A model generated the notes under the pieces. That model did no database searches and was not told where the DNA came from. It worked only from the letters and a program-made list of their open reading frames with translations. The position numbers were made by a program, and so were the translations under genes. Positions 1 through 11,726 of a DNA stretch of 64,000 nucleotides are shown here, piece by piece; within the stretch, counting starts at the first letter, position 1, and each line of letters opens with the position of its first letter. Source of the DNA: Eledone cirrhosa (Eukaryota). The stretch covers positions 49,166,001 to 49,230,000 of the forward strand of contig OZ024741.1 in assembly GCA_964016885.1 (NCBI GenBank), in the 5' to 3' direction.

Positions 1-54
1 CGGAAAGGTTTATAATCCTGAAATATAATTAACATGTCAATTGAATGAATCCCA

Positions 55-533
55 TAGGCACACATACACACACAGACATACACAGACATAGACATACACA
101 CTGACATAGCCATAGACATACACACAGAGGCACACAGACACACATACACACAGTCACTTAGAGACACACACACAGACACACACATACAGACACACACACA
201 CACTGACACACACACTTAGACACTGACATACAGACACTGACACACAAATGCAGACACACACATGGACACAGATATAGACGCCCACACAGACACAGATACA
301 CTGACATACAGACACACACAGACACTCACACAGACACATACATACAGGCACAATACATACACACAGACACATACATACAGGCACAATACATACACACACA
401 CACATACACACACACACACATACACACAGATACAGATGCACACACACAGACACACATACCCAGACATACACACACACAGACCCACAGACATACACATACA
501 CACAGACACAGACACATACACATATACACAGAC
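55..533. repeat. Degenerate (CA)n/CAGA/CATA microsatellite
   Basis: Direct inspection; it produces the spurious CV/TH-rich ORFs. Confidence 0.95.
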
Positions 534-1009
534 TAAGCTTCAATTTGATCAGTATTACTGGCACATATTTTATGAGAAGAGGGAGATGCCAAGTTGACTC
601 CAGAAAAAGGGGAGGTCTCTAAAGGGAGGTAACTAAGTCTTTTGTTTGGCTTTCTTCTTTCTCCCACTTCAGTGTTCTTACAACAACAATGATTTCTAAC
701 ATAGGCACAAGGCCCCACGTTTTGGTACGAGTTATAAGACAAAGCACAACAGGCATCAATCCTAACCATAATTTCATAGTTAGAATAGCGGGGCTAGGGT
801 GCCGGAAGCGAGGGGCCAGTGACGTCACATGGGAAGTTTGTGGGCTTTTTCGGGTGTTTATTCTGATTAAAGTGGGTACCACGTACGATGTGTGTGTGAT
901 CAAGGCTACTTTGATTGAGTGTATGAAAATTGCTATATACCCTTGCCTGATGTAAAACAGGTGATCATCCACGCAGGGAGATTCAGTCCGGAGCCGTGTG
1001 AAGATGTGA

Positions 1010-1320
1010 ACGTAGATCCCTTCGTTTCCTACAAGAATATATGCTACGGTTAGGACGAGAGCCACAGCTTCTGCAGCCGAGTGGAGTAAGACCCTCAAAT
1101 ACTCTGATCTGTCGGCCAGCTACATTTTTTAGCCTGTGGCTTTCGAGACATTTGGGGGAGTCGGGCCGCTGACTGCGAAGGTTCCTTTCCTCACTGGCGG
1201 CTTGCCTAACAGAGATAACTGGCGAATCTCGCGAGGGCGTTTGGCTGTTTCAGCGCATCAGCCTCGCCATCACCCGAGGCAACGCTGCGAGTGTGCTGGC
1301 TTGCCTCAAAAATCATTAGA
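1010..1320 (+). mobile_element. Degenerate 3' fragment of a CRE-like non-LTR retrotransposon (restriction-like endonuclease C-terminus)
   Basis: Manual translation gives TASAAEWSKTLKYSDLSASYIF*PVAFETFGGVGP and ITGESREGVWLFQRISLAITRGNAASVL. These align with AARRAEGAKLLKYRSLSDRFAVVPLAVETSGVLGP and ELEWLFQRVSLAVLRGNAFSIL of the 60404-62047 ORF. Confidence 0.85.
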
Positions 1321-1669
1321 GAGGTTGCCCAGTACTCCTCGCGATGTTGCTGTCTTTTGCTCTGGTGTTGGCTCCGTTGTTCACCCCTTCCTTTACATTT
1401 TCTTTAATATTGTAACATTAAAAGAATATATCTTTCTGAATGAATCGCAAGCAATTTATAATGTTATCGAAGCATTTGGAATGTTATTTATGTATATATT
1501 TAAAACATATTTGTTATGTTATTCCACTGTAAATTTATTTATATGCTCTGTTTATATTTTCATTCTGAAAGAATTGCAAACGATCTGTAATGTATTTATG
1601 TATATATTCTATAAATATATATGACAGAAATACCAAACACCTCCTCTTCAATATAATAGTAATGATAAT

Positions 1670-1857
1670 AATAATTGTTTCTACATTTGGCACAAGGCCA
1701 GCAATTACCCCAGTGCATTACTGGTACTTCATTTTATTGACCCCATAAGGATGAAAGGCAAAGCTAACCTCGGCGGGATTTGAACTCAGAACGTAAAGGG
1801 GCGTAACTCTATGTTGAATAACATGGTGTCTGAAGCTCTACCGATACTGCCAATCCA
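1670..1857 (-). mobile_element. tRNA-derived SINE, family 1
   Basis: A-box-like GGATTGGCAGTATCGGTAGAGC, B-box GAGTTCAAATCC, core GCCTTTCATCCTTAYGGGGTCRATAAA and an ATT tail; more than 10 copies in the window. Confidence 0.9.
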
Positions 1858-1928
1858 ATAATGAAAATTATTGTGTACAGTGCTCAGGTGCACTACAACT
1901 CATGAAAGGTGCATGTATAGTACATGGA

Positions 1929-2115
1929 ATAATTGTTTCTGCTTTTGGCACAAGGCCAGCAATTACCCCAGTGCATTACTGGTGCTTTATTTTATCGACC
2001 CCGTAAGGATGAAAGACAAAGTTAACCTCGGCTGGATTTGAACTCAGATCATAAAGGGCCGTAACTCTATGCTACAAAGCATGGTGTCCGACTCTCTACC
2101 GATACTGCCAATCCC
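1929..2115 (-). mobile_element. tRNA-derived SINE, family 1
   Basis: Same boxes and core as 1670-1857. Confidence 0.9.
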
Positions 2116-2244
2116 CAAATGTCAGTGAAGGGAACAGTGTATAAAACAACAAACTGGTAAACCACAGAATGTATTGCAGATGAACAATGTGATGTATAGA
2201 TTTCAATGTAAATATGAAAGTTGGGTACTTCATGATCAACAATA

Positions 2245-2441
2245 GTGCATCAGACAACATGCTTCGCAGCACAGAGTTATGACCCTTTACGTTCTGAGTT
2301 CAAATCCAGCCGAGGTTAACTTTACCTTTCATCCTTATGGGGGTTGATAAATTAAGTACCTGTAATGCACTGGGTCGATTTGATCGAGTTTCCCCTCCTC
2401 TAAAATTGCTGGCCTTTTGCCTAAAGTAGAAATAATTATTA
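2245..2441 (+). mobile_element. tRNA-derived SINE, family 1
   Basis: GAGTTCAAATCC B-box, core, and TAGAAATAATTATT tail. Confidence 0.88.
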
Positions 2442-2452
2442 CATCAGTAATA

Positions 2453-2663
2453 AGGTGGATTGGCAGAATCGGTAGAGCGTCGGACACCAGGCTTCGTAGC
2501 ATAGAGTTACGGCCCTTTATGTTCTGAGTTCAAATCCTGCCGAGGCTAGCTTTGCCTTTCATCCTTACGGGGTTGATAAATTAAGTACCAGTAATGTACT
2601 GGGGCCGATTTGATCGACTTCCCCTCCCCCCAAATTGTTGACCTTGTATAAGAAACCATTATT
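2453..2663 (+). mobile_element. tRNA-derived SINE, family 1 (full length)
   Basis: GGTGGATTGGCAGAATCGGTAGAGC...GAGTTCAAATCC...core...tail. Confidence 0.9.
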
Positions 2664-2727
2664 ACACCAGTCACACAAATATGAACTTTCTCATCAGTTA
2701 ACCATGTACTTACAATACATTTCCATA

Positions 2728-2990
2728 TAGGGTCGGCTGAAAAGCTCATGTAGGAGTGATGCTAGAGCTGTGAAATCTTGGATGCATTAATTTCAACTCT
2801 TCTTATTAATAACTGCATTGTTTCTTTTCAGGGACTGTGTTGAAAAAAATAAACGTCATTCCATGAGAGTATCTTGGTCAGCCTATGAAGGAGTGATGCT
2901 AGAGCTGTGAAATCTTGCATGCATTAATTTCAACTCTTCTTATTAATAACTGCATTGTTTCTTTCCAGGGACTGGTTTGAAAAATATTAC
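2728..2990 (+). mobile_element. Mariner-type MITE, partial and internally duplicated
   Basis: Matches the TIR-bounded element at 21322-21515; the GAGTGATGCTAGAGCTGTGAAATCTTG block occurs twice. Confidence 0.75.
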
Positions 2991-3182
2991 TTATGGCAGT
3001 AACTGGTTAAATATAGATATAACAAAGCATCATCTACGTGGCCACTCCAGATGCCAAAAATAGAAAGCTAAATCTCCCTCAAATTAATCTTTTTCCTTAA
3101 AAAGAGGAAGAACACATTGGATAATGGCGTTCCTGAATACATTGTCTAAAGAGAAGAGATCTACTTTTAAGATTCGCTTTCA

Positions 3183-3365
3183 CAGACCTGCCAACCTTTA
3201 AAAACCCAAACCACGGAAAAAAAGGGTCCCAAAACTGGGAGAAATGAGGCAAAATAGGGAGATTTTACATAATGAAAGCTATAGCCATTTTCACAAGAGA
3301 AGACATCTCTCACTCACCACAAAATGGGAGATCTCCCCGTCGGGCGGGGAGAGTTGACAGGTCTG
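3183..3365. mobile_element. Small TIR element (hAT-like MITE)
   Basis: TIRs CAGACCTGCCAAC / GTTGACAGGTCTG; the flanks (GCTTTCA / GCTTTTA) are only an imperfect TSD. Confidence 0.6.
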
Positions 3366-3436
3366 GCTTTTAAGAAAATCCATCGTTGTCTCTACTAATG
3401 AGTGGACGGGATGATAGCCCACCGATGTTAACTGGT

Positions 3437-3762
3437 ACTCCGTCGGTTACAACGACGAGTGTTCCAGTTGATCCGATCAACGGAACAGCCTGCTCGTGAA
3501 ATTCACGAGCAAGTGACTGAGCATTCTACAGTAGCAATACACACGTGTACTCTTCACGTAGTTCTCAGGGAGATTCGGCGTGACACAGAATGTGACAAAG
3601 CTGGCCCTTCGAATTACAAGTACAACTCATTTTTGTCGGCTGAGTGTACTGGAGCAACAACAAATCAAGTGTCTTGCTCAAGGACACAACACGCCGCCGG
3701 GAATCGAATTCACGACCTTACGATTGTGATCCGAATACCCTAACCACAAAGCCATGCGCCTT
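3437..3762 (-). mobile_element. tRNA-derived SINE, family 2
   Basis: Minus strand starts AGGCGCATGGCTTTGTGGTTAGGG...GAATTCGATTCC, followed by GTGTCCTTGAGCAAGACACTT; the body recurs at 29165, 55170 and 56145. Confidence 0.85.
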
Positions 3763-4699
3763 CGCCTACCGATGTACTCACTCTCTAAACACCCCCATAA
3801 AGTTTGTCCCGAAAACTTTCATCTCTTTAAGAACTAGTGGGTTTACTCTATAATTTAGGAAATGCATCGTTTACTTGTAGAGCTGAGATCAAATTTTCCC
3901 CATGAAGAAAACCTACGGTGAACTGAGTGTCCTATCTAGGAGGAAATATCTATCAACTCCTTAGCGTTTTTGAACGCTGATAAACTGCAGTATATAAGAA
4001 GAAATGAGAACAAATAAAACTGCATAATTCGCCTCCATTCACCATTTTCTTTAGTGTATTCTTAGTCTTGAGCTTATTTTAGATTTTAATGAAGAGAATG
4101 CAGTTAATAGACGCAGAACTATTTCGGGAAAATATTCCAAAATTTTCAGTCTACATCATTGGCACGAATTTCACAAGAATGTGTCATAAAAGAGACAGCG
4201 CGTTATTGTTAGTTTCTGCAGATTCTTTGAATGACAACAAGAAAGATTTGCTTATAGCACGGAATGTTTTCTTATATCAAAAGTTGAATTGATAAACAAA
4301 ACAAACACCACTGATAACATTGGCTTATGTATTTATCCATCGCTATACGAAGACTTTTAACACTTCTTACATTAATTGGTAGTTTTATATTAATAAACCC
4401 TTTCCTACTCACTGTAACAGAATACAGTGATGAATTAGCCCACACACACTGACCAAATCTTGTCCAAATAAGTATGGTTTAAAAGATCTTCCCATACATG
4501 TTCATCTCTTTCTTTATCTTCGGTGATACATCTATCTATTTTTAATGTTTGCATTTGGTAGACGGTTTGTCAAGTATAAAACAATTATATTTAACTATAC
4601 ACATATATACACCAGATCCGAACACAAAGGAACCAAACTCCTATACTCACTGCCTCCGTCTCTCCCGCTCTACCCATCTCTCACTATTGTGAGGAAATT

Positions 4700-4965
4700 G
4701 GGCCCCCACGCGGTGGCCGCCTCGCAACCCCGATGGACAGAACAGAGAAGGTGTTTCCCCGGAATATGAAGAGGAAGACGCACTGGAAGAGCCATTCCAG
4801 CTCGTGAGGCTCACACCTGCAGGTAGCCAACTCTGTGCCGATGGTGGTGAGCAGGGAGGTGGCCCTAGGGCCAAGGTCACCAGAAGTCTCCACTGCTACG
4901 GGCTTGACCGCAAACCTATCGGAGAGCGACCGATATTTGGAGTTTACCCTCCTCGGCCCGAAGTG
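4700..4965 (-). mobile_element. CRE-like LINE 3' fragment
   Basis: ORF 4684-4989 contains KYRSLSDRFAVKPVAVETSGDLGPRATSLLTTIGTELATCRCEPHELEWLFQ, nearly identical to the 62047 C-terminus. Confidence 0.92.
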
Positions 4966-5369
4966 CAGCATAGTTATAGTTTGTGGCAATTATTAATACG
5001 TACGTAGTTGGTGCATTGGCCAGTAGAGGCGTTGATGGTTTCTCAGAACAACTTCATAAATGAATGTTATAATTTTTTTATTTAATCAATTATACATAAC
5101 CACATTATGTCAACTATATTTTACAAAAAGAAGTTATACAATGGTGGAAATATGAAAAGAATGATAAAAACAAAACAAAGTAATGAAAGAGGGGAAAGGG
5201 TAAAGAAGGGCAGATATGACTGCATAGGAAAGTAAAGGAAAGGACTATAAATGTCGTAAATGAGAGGAAAAGACGGGGAAAAGCAAGAACTATTAGGCCG
5301 CGGAAGAAAGAGAGGGGAAATGGGAGAGGGTGACAGGCTCTATGTCTAGTGTGGGCGGTGTTTCGGTTG

Positions 5370-5625
5370 CGCCCCGCGGACAAAACTGCAAAGGCATTTC
5401 CGCCGACAATGGCCACCGACACCCGTTACAATAGCCACCCCACCTCACGGGGATCCTTCCTCTGACGGGTGATGACGTTGCGATTTTACGGAGGAACTCG
5501 GCAGTACGGGGTCCGAGGACGCCTGAGGTCTCGACGACGGCAACCGGTTCAAAGGGGAAGCGGCTGGATAAGCCCTGGCATTTGCTTGTCTTCCTGCCCT
5601 CTGCACCGCGGCCCGCAATACCAGG
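5370..5625 (-). mobile_element. Diverged CRE-like LINE 3' fragment
   Basis: Manual translation AEGRKTSKCQGLSSRFPFEPVAVVETSGVLGPRTAEFL...REVGWLL*RVSVAIVGGNAFAVLSAG. Confidence 0.85.
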
Positions 5626-6362
5626 TTTTGGGGCTGAAGCGACTAAACTATTTACAACTATGGGATTTCACATTTGATTTCTTCTGTTTGGGACAGAAAC
5701 GCTGAACTAAATCTTCTAAAATGTTACATTAATATTGATAGTAGTCCCCTACTATTTTACCGTATTATCACTATTCTAACTACTATTGACTAAGGAAAAA
5801 AACTTGTCATTACAATATTTGGGATTTTTAAAAACTTTTAGAGTATTATCTAAACTGTAAATGTGGATATAATTAACCTTTGACGTGGAAATGTAACCGC
5901 CATTGACCCAGGGGTCAAATTCCGCGACCTATCCACACGATTGGCACATCTAGTACTGACGAATGGCGACAATAAGTCTGACATGACCATATATCTCACG
6001 GAAAAGGGACTATATCTTAAAATAATAAATTCTCCTAAAATTCTATTTAACAAAATTAAATTAAAGTTAAACTGTGTATTTATGGGGAAATGCTCGCCAT
6101 ACATTGAAATTTGGTTAATTCACAAACCAATCAGATACAGGCTCGGAACAGCTTAGCAGGGTGACGATACACCCCCGACTAACTTGACTTCATCCAAAGA
6201 TACACCCTCCCACATAAAACATCATTGCCTGATTATATTCAAGTCATCCCCTTAAAAAACAATCTTTTACATCTTTTCCCCCAACCCCACCCCGTAGGGC
6301 TCGTATGTCTTTTTGTATAAACGTAGTGCGTGTGTGTGTGGTTATGTATATATATATACACG

Positions 6363-6431
<69 letters not shown>

Positions 6432-6437
6432 ATATGT

Positions 6438-7050
6438 ATGTCAGGTCACCAGTTGGTGCTACTGGTAACATGTATCCCAGCACAACCTATCTCATGGTCG
6501 GGTCGTTGGCGACTAAACTGGCAACCCCACCAAGGTTTCTTGGTGAGGAGGGTGACTTTGGACATCCTGCAGGACTAAAAACAAAACCTGTCAAAGGGCA
6601 AAGGAGCTCTTAAGAGTCAATGGCCATCCAAAATCACCGGGAGAGATGACCCCTTAGCCTTTGTCAAGGCAGAATTCTAGGAGAAGGAAAACTCTGATAT
6701 AACACCTGCAACCCTGATGGTATCCAATGATGTTGACTTGTTCTTCTTTTTGGTAAATATCATCTTGGTTAAGAGAGTGGGACTGGCTTTGTGCAATGGC
6801 TTTGCTTACTATAAAAGCTTCACGGCACAGGTATTGCTTTATATCTGGAGATCTCTCTGCACTTGTCGTCACATGGTACCATGGGCCCAGCACTATGTGT
6901 CAATAATTGTCACAAGTGTAGTGTTTGTACCAGAGTTTTCAAGTCGCTGGCTGGACTAAAAAGTCACACCCGTTCAGCGCATCGGTAGGGGTTCTCCTAC
7001 ATGGATATAAAGTAGTGGCCGTACTCAAAAACGAGTTGGCAGCCACTATA
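6438..7050 (+). mobile_element. Bipartite non-autonomous RTE derivative (5' UTR + last zinc finger + 3' tail)
   Basis: 6650-6840 matches the RTE 5' UTR (43185-43395). About 6910-6990 encodes CHKCSVCTRVFKSLAGLKSHTRSAHR*. The end GTGGCCGTACTCAAAAACGAGTTGGCAGCC matches 47355-47385. It is flanked by (TA)n. Confidence 0.85.
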
Positions 7051-7082
7051 TATATGTATGTATATATGTGTATGTATATATG

Positions 7083-7145
<63 letters not shown>

Positions 7146-8289
7146 CGAAGGAAATGTGGTAAGGAACCAGATGGATTCTGGTAGTAGAGTGGGTAATAGG
7201 AACAAGTATGACCCCGACGGCAGAGCTCAAGCCGTTTCGACGGCTAATTCTGGACTTCTCAAGGGGTAATTCTTTATATGGGAAGATAGTAATTGTCAAA
7301 AGGATTGGTCAAAAATTTGTTGTAAAGACAGATGATTCTATCATGGCATTTGGTGGGAGGTAGGGGTAGCTGAACTTGCCGGTAGAACAAAGAGAGAGTG
7401 GGGGAAACCCAGTCAAGCGTTGAAAGTGAAATCTATACACCAGATTCTAAGGATAGTGTATAGAAGGTCGAAAAAAGTGTACTGGAGAAGGGGAGGGGGG
7501 AGTTGAAAGAATAGGTAAATCGAAAGGGAGTAAACAAAAAAAAAAAAAACCATTATAAAAATAAAGAAATAAATATATTAAAAAAACACAATTTCTGGCT
7601 ACTGCTCCATTTCCACAATCAACAAATCTCTCATTGGTATTGTTAAGCTATAGAAAAGTTTAATAGGTGGAGAAAAATACTAAATACGAAATTGTAGTGA
7701 AATAATTTTATAAAGCCGGCTTTACAGGGGTCTAACACCACTGTTATAGTTAGTAGTAATCAGCCAATGCTATCTTACAATGACAGGTTAATAAGTTCAG
7801 AACAAAAATACTAAAATACTACTACAAAAATACTAATACGAAATATTAATTCAGAATACTAATACAGAAATACTAAAACAAGAATACTAATACAAAAATA
7901 CCACTAAGAAATTTAGAAATCACAGAAATGGAGCAGCAACCAGAAAGAAAACAATTTACTGGGGTCTAACACATCTGCTATAAAAAGCGTAATCGGCCAA
8001 TTTTATCTTAAAATTAGGGGGTGGGGGTACTGAGGCTACAGAGGACCGAAGGGCTGCATCAGGGTAGGCGAAAAGGTGAAAAAAAAGGACAAGGAAGGAG
8101 ATCTGGGGTGGAAGGACTAGGAAGAGATGGGGGAAGAAGAAAATATAGAGGAAAAGATAAAAAAGTTACGTCTACCTTTGTAAGCAGGGGTTAGCCCTTA
8201 CAAAATCGGCAAGTGGGGTGTATCAGCCCTTGTCTAACCCCCCCCCCCCCCCCCTGGGTCATTATGGGGGTTTGAGGGCGAGGTAAGTC

Positions 8290-8880
8290 CTACACAATCT
8301 GTGTTTGCATGCAGTTAGTTACCAGTTCGTCTTTCTTGTTTAGGAGTTGGTCCTTCGAAAACAGCATTTGTAATGTTTCCTCCGAGCATAAGTTACACGG
8401 ACGGCGTGCTCCCGTGTAAGAGTTAGCTCTGGACAGTAAGCTCCAAGTGAGATTGTAGGTTATATTATTATCTTTGAAGTCCCAGATGTGGCCCGAAAGT
8501 GTAGTGGCATGACGCCGGGTCGGGTTTCGGAAAGTATGTCGGTGTAGGTAGAGCCGGGTCTTGAAGTCACAAGCGGTTAATCCTATATAAGCTTTGTTGG
8601 AGGTGTCCGTCCTCACGTTGCACTGGTAGATCACATTACGATCTCGGCATCTGTTGTTGAGGGGGCAAAGGGATCTATCAGAACAGTTACATTCCTGGTC
8701 GGCTCTCCACTGCTGTCTGGGTTATTTCTTCCATAGGGGTTGAGTTTTTTGTTGTTAGAGGAGACGATGTTTTGTGCGAAGTTAGGTGTGGTGCTGTAGG
8801 AGAGTTTGATGGTGTTTTTGTTGATTATGTTGTGGTAGCGATGTTGTAGTGGGAAGTGTTTTTCGATGAGCCTAAAGAAG
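8290..8880 (-). pseudogene. PLE RT-thumb/linker plus GIY-YIG endonuclease remnant
   Basis: CNCSDRSLCPLNNRC linker; VIYQCNV...AYIGLTACDFKTRLYLHRHTF...CNLCSEE...LLNKKDELV. Confidence 0.9.
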
Positions 8881-9321
8881 ATTTATAAAATTCTTTCACT
8901 ACAATCTCGTATTTAGTATTTTTCTCCACGTATTAAACTTTTCTATAGCTTAGCAATACCAATGAGAGATTTGGTGATTGTGGAAATGGAGCAGTAGCCA
9001 GAAATTGTGTTTTTTTATATATTTATTTCCTTATTTTTATAATGTTTTTTTTTGTTTACTCCCTTTCGATTTACCTATTCTTTCAACTCCCCCCTCCCCT
9101 TCTCCAGTACACTTTTTTCGACCTTCTATACACAATCCTTAGAATCTGCTGTATAGATTTCACTTTCAACGCTTGACTGGATTTCCCCCACTCCCTCTTT
9201 GTTCTACCGGCAAGTTCAGCTACCTCTACTTCCCACCAAATGCCATGATAGAATCAACTGTCTTTACAACACATTTTTGACCAATCCTTTTGACAATTAC
9301 TATCTTCCCATATAAAGAATT

Positions 9322-9417
9322 ACCCCTTGAGAAGTTCGGCTATTTATTTACCAGGCTAAAAATTCTTATTTAGTCCAGAATTAGCCGTCGAAACGGCTTG
9401 AGCTCTGCCGTCGGGGT
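9322..9417 (+). ncRNA. Type I hammerhead ribozyme motif, U3-A8 variant, long stem II
   Basis: Stem I ACCCC/GGGGT; core TTGAGAA; stem II CGGCTA/TAGCCG; GAAA; stem III ACGGC/GCCGT; GUC cleavage triplet. Confidence 0.75.
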
Positions 9418-9427
9418 CATACTTGTT

Positions 9428-9474
<47 letters not shown>

Positions 9475-9600
9475 ATGTGTGAAATCCTTGGTACAGTTAG
9501 GTATATTTGAAAAAAGGAAAAGAATGACTTCACTTGTACCTGGTATTCTATTACAATTTAATTTTATAATTTTGCTATGTACCCCCCCCCCCCCTCTCCC

Positions 9601-9666
<66 letters not shown>

Positions 9667-10087
9667 TAATGATGTTCAATATGAATATTCGATTCGTCAG
9701 AAATTTGCCTGTCCAATACACGGAAGTAAAACCGTTTAAATCCAAAGTAAGGAAATACACAGGATATCTAAGAGGATTTCCGGTATAAGAAAATACACAG
9801 GATATTATGCATAGAAACAATTGTAAATGATTCTAATAAATTACCGTTTGAAAACTCCATTGGTTTTTGTTAATTATAAGCTCTGTAAAAGGAGCATGTG
9901 GAAATACTTGGATTTATTCAATGATAGCTGAAACCGGGATTTAACACTGATCTGCTTGATCATCCAATTCCAACATTTCTCTCTGCTAGGATGACGATGC
10001 TTTTGTTTGTAAAGATATTCACTGCAACCTTATTATAAATGTTAATGATAATAAAGGGGTATCGATTTGCATAACCTAAGTATTTCT

Positions 10088-10161
<74 letters not shown>

Positions 10162-10196
10162 ACACATATATATATATATATATATAGTAGGAAAAG

Positions 10197-10233
10197 ATTC
10201 TTAACATTTCGGACGCTAGTTCTCCATCAGAAT
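10197..10233 (-). ncRNA. Degenerate minimal hammerhead (homolog of 63765-63800)
   Basis: CTGATGGAGAACTAGCGTCCGAAATGTTAAGA on the minus strand; several core and stem mutations. Confidence 0.5.
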
Positions 10234-10325
10234 GAGAAATTAAAGGAAAAAATAGATAAATAGAGGAGAACGAGCAGACATAGAAGCGAAAAAAATGTAT
10301 TCGAGAAAAAGCAGTTCTGTTCATT

Positions 10326-10401
<76 letters not shown>

Positions 10402-10759
10402 AATGAACGGACCTGCTTTTTCTCGAATGCATTTATATATATATATATATATATATATTGAAGAAGTAGAATCCCAACGGCCAAGCAATTTCAAGGCCGG
10501 GCTCATCGTTGGAATAATACCTACTTCGATATCTTTGCATAGGTAAAAAGATGATTAACACGGATAAGCGATATAATAGGGTTTTATTCCAAGCATTAAC
10601 ATAAGTTTCATCGCTTAATATGCAATTAATTATGTGTTGAAATACATCAATAGTTGATTGGTTATTGCGAAATTCGATTCTCGGTACAGATTACTCGTAA
10701 CCTGACCTTAGATAACCTTAAACGATATCTCGTTTACTTGTGTGTATATATATATATAT

Positions 10760-11063
10760 ATAAAGAAAAAGGGATGAAATCGAAAATGCAACTGAAGTCT
10801 TATTTTTTTAAAAAAATATATATATTTATTTGGTTCCTTTACCGGTTTCGCAGTTCTTCTGCTTTTCAAAAGGTGAGTTGAGATGGAGGGTCTGTGGTTT
10901 TTCTCACAAACAGAGATGTGAGAAAAACCACAGACCCTCCATCTCAACTCACCTTTTGAAAAGCAGAAGAACTGCGAAACCGGTAAAGGAACCAAATAAA
11001 TATATATATTTAAAAAAAAATAAGACTTCAGTTGCATTTTCGATTTCATCCCTTTTTCTTTAT
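10760..11063. mobile_element. Fold-back (about 150-bp arms) PLE terminus in (TA)n, with an HHR in each arm
   Basis: Near-perfect inverted repeat centred on about 10912, with an 8-nt spacer. Confidence 0.9.
10952..10989 (+). ncRNA. Minimal type I hammerhead, U3-A8 variant (mirror copy at 10836-10873, minus)
   Basis: CCTT-TTGAAAA-GCAG(AAGAA)CTGC-GAAA-CCGGTA-AAGG; palindromic stem III ACCGGT; GUA triplet. Confidence 0.8.
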
Positions 11064-11119
11064 ACTTCCACTCGTGTAGGACACCTCGGTTATTTTTCAT
11101 TTTGTAAAAAAAACCTCAC

Positions 11120-11152
<33 letters not shown>

Positions 11153-11615
11153 CAGCTTCCCGCCTATTTTAGACAAGATAGCAGGGGTATAGCAACTTGA
11201 TTTCAAATCGCAGGCAGACACACGAGACCGGAGCTTACTACTGCTAGCATGTTGGGTGCTATTTTTCTCTATGTTGTTCACTACACAAACCCACTGAAGA
11301 TCCTATGCCAATTCCGAGTTGTTACACCACTGACTGTTGAATATCCACTTATTCACATAACTGATATGAACAGTTTTGCATTGGTGAAACCAGCGGTGGT
11401 TTGGGTATATATCAATATTTTGATTTTTTTTTTAATTGATTTGATTTATTAATTGGGTGATATTAGTTGTATTAATTTTATTGATAAGCCTGATTGATTT
11501 GTTCGATTATGGTCACGACACAATTAAATCTGTATGAGCAATGAGTATACTCTGTTTCTGGAATTCATCCCCCCCTTCTCTCCACACACACACACAAATA
11601 TACATATATATAAAC

Positions 11616-11726
<111 letters not shown>

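Larger units (their letters stand above)
7143..9430 (-). mobile_element. 5'-truncated Penelope-like element with inverted terminal duplication, inserted in (TA)n
   Basis: GIY-YIG remnant at 8290-8880; 7197-7710 and 8885-9430 are long inverted repeats; HHR in the repeat; (TA)n on both sides. Confidence 0.9.

Noticed and set aside
2453-2545. tRNA genes
   Set aside because: The A/B boxes belong to SINE heads, and I found no cloverleaf.
4089-4292. Possible host exon
   Set aside because: Short ORF with no recognisable motif and no convincing splice-site pair.
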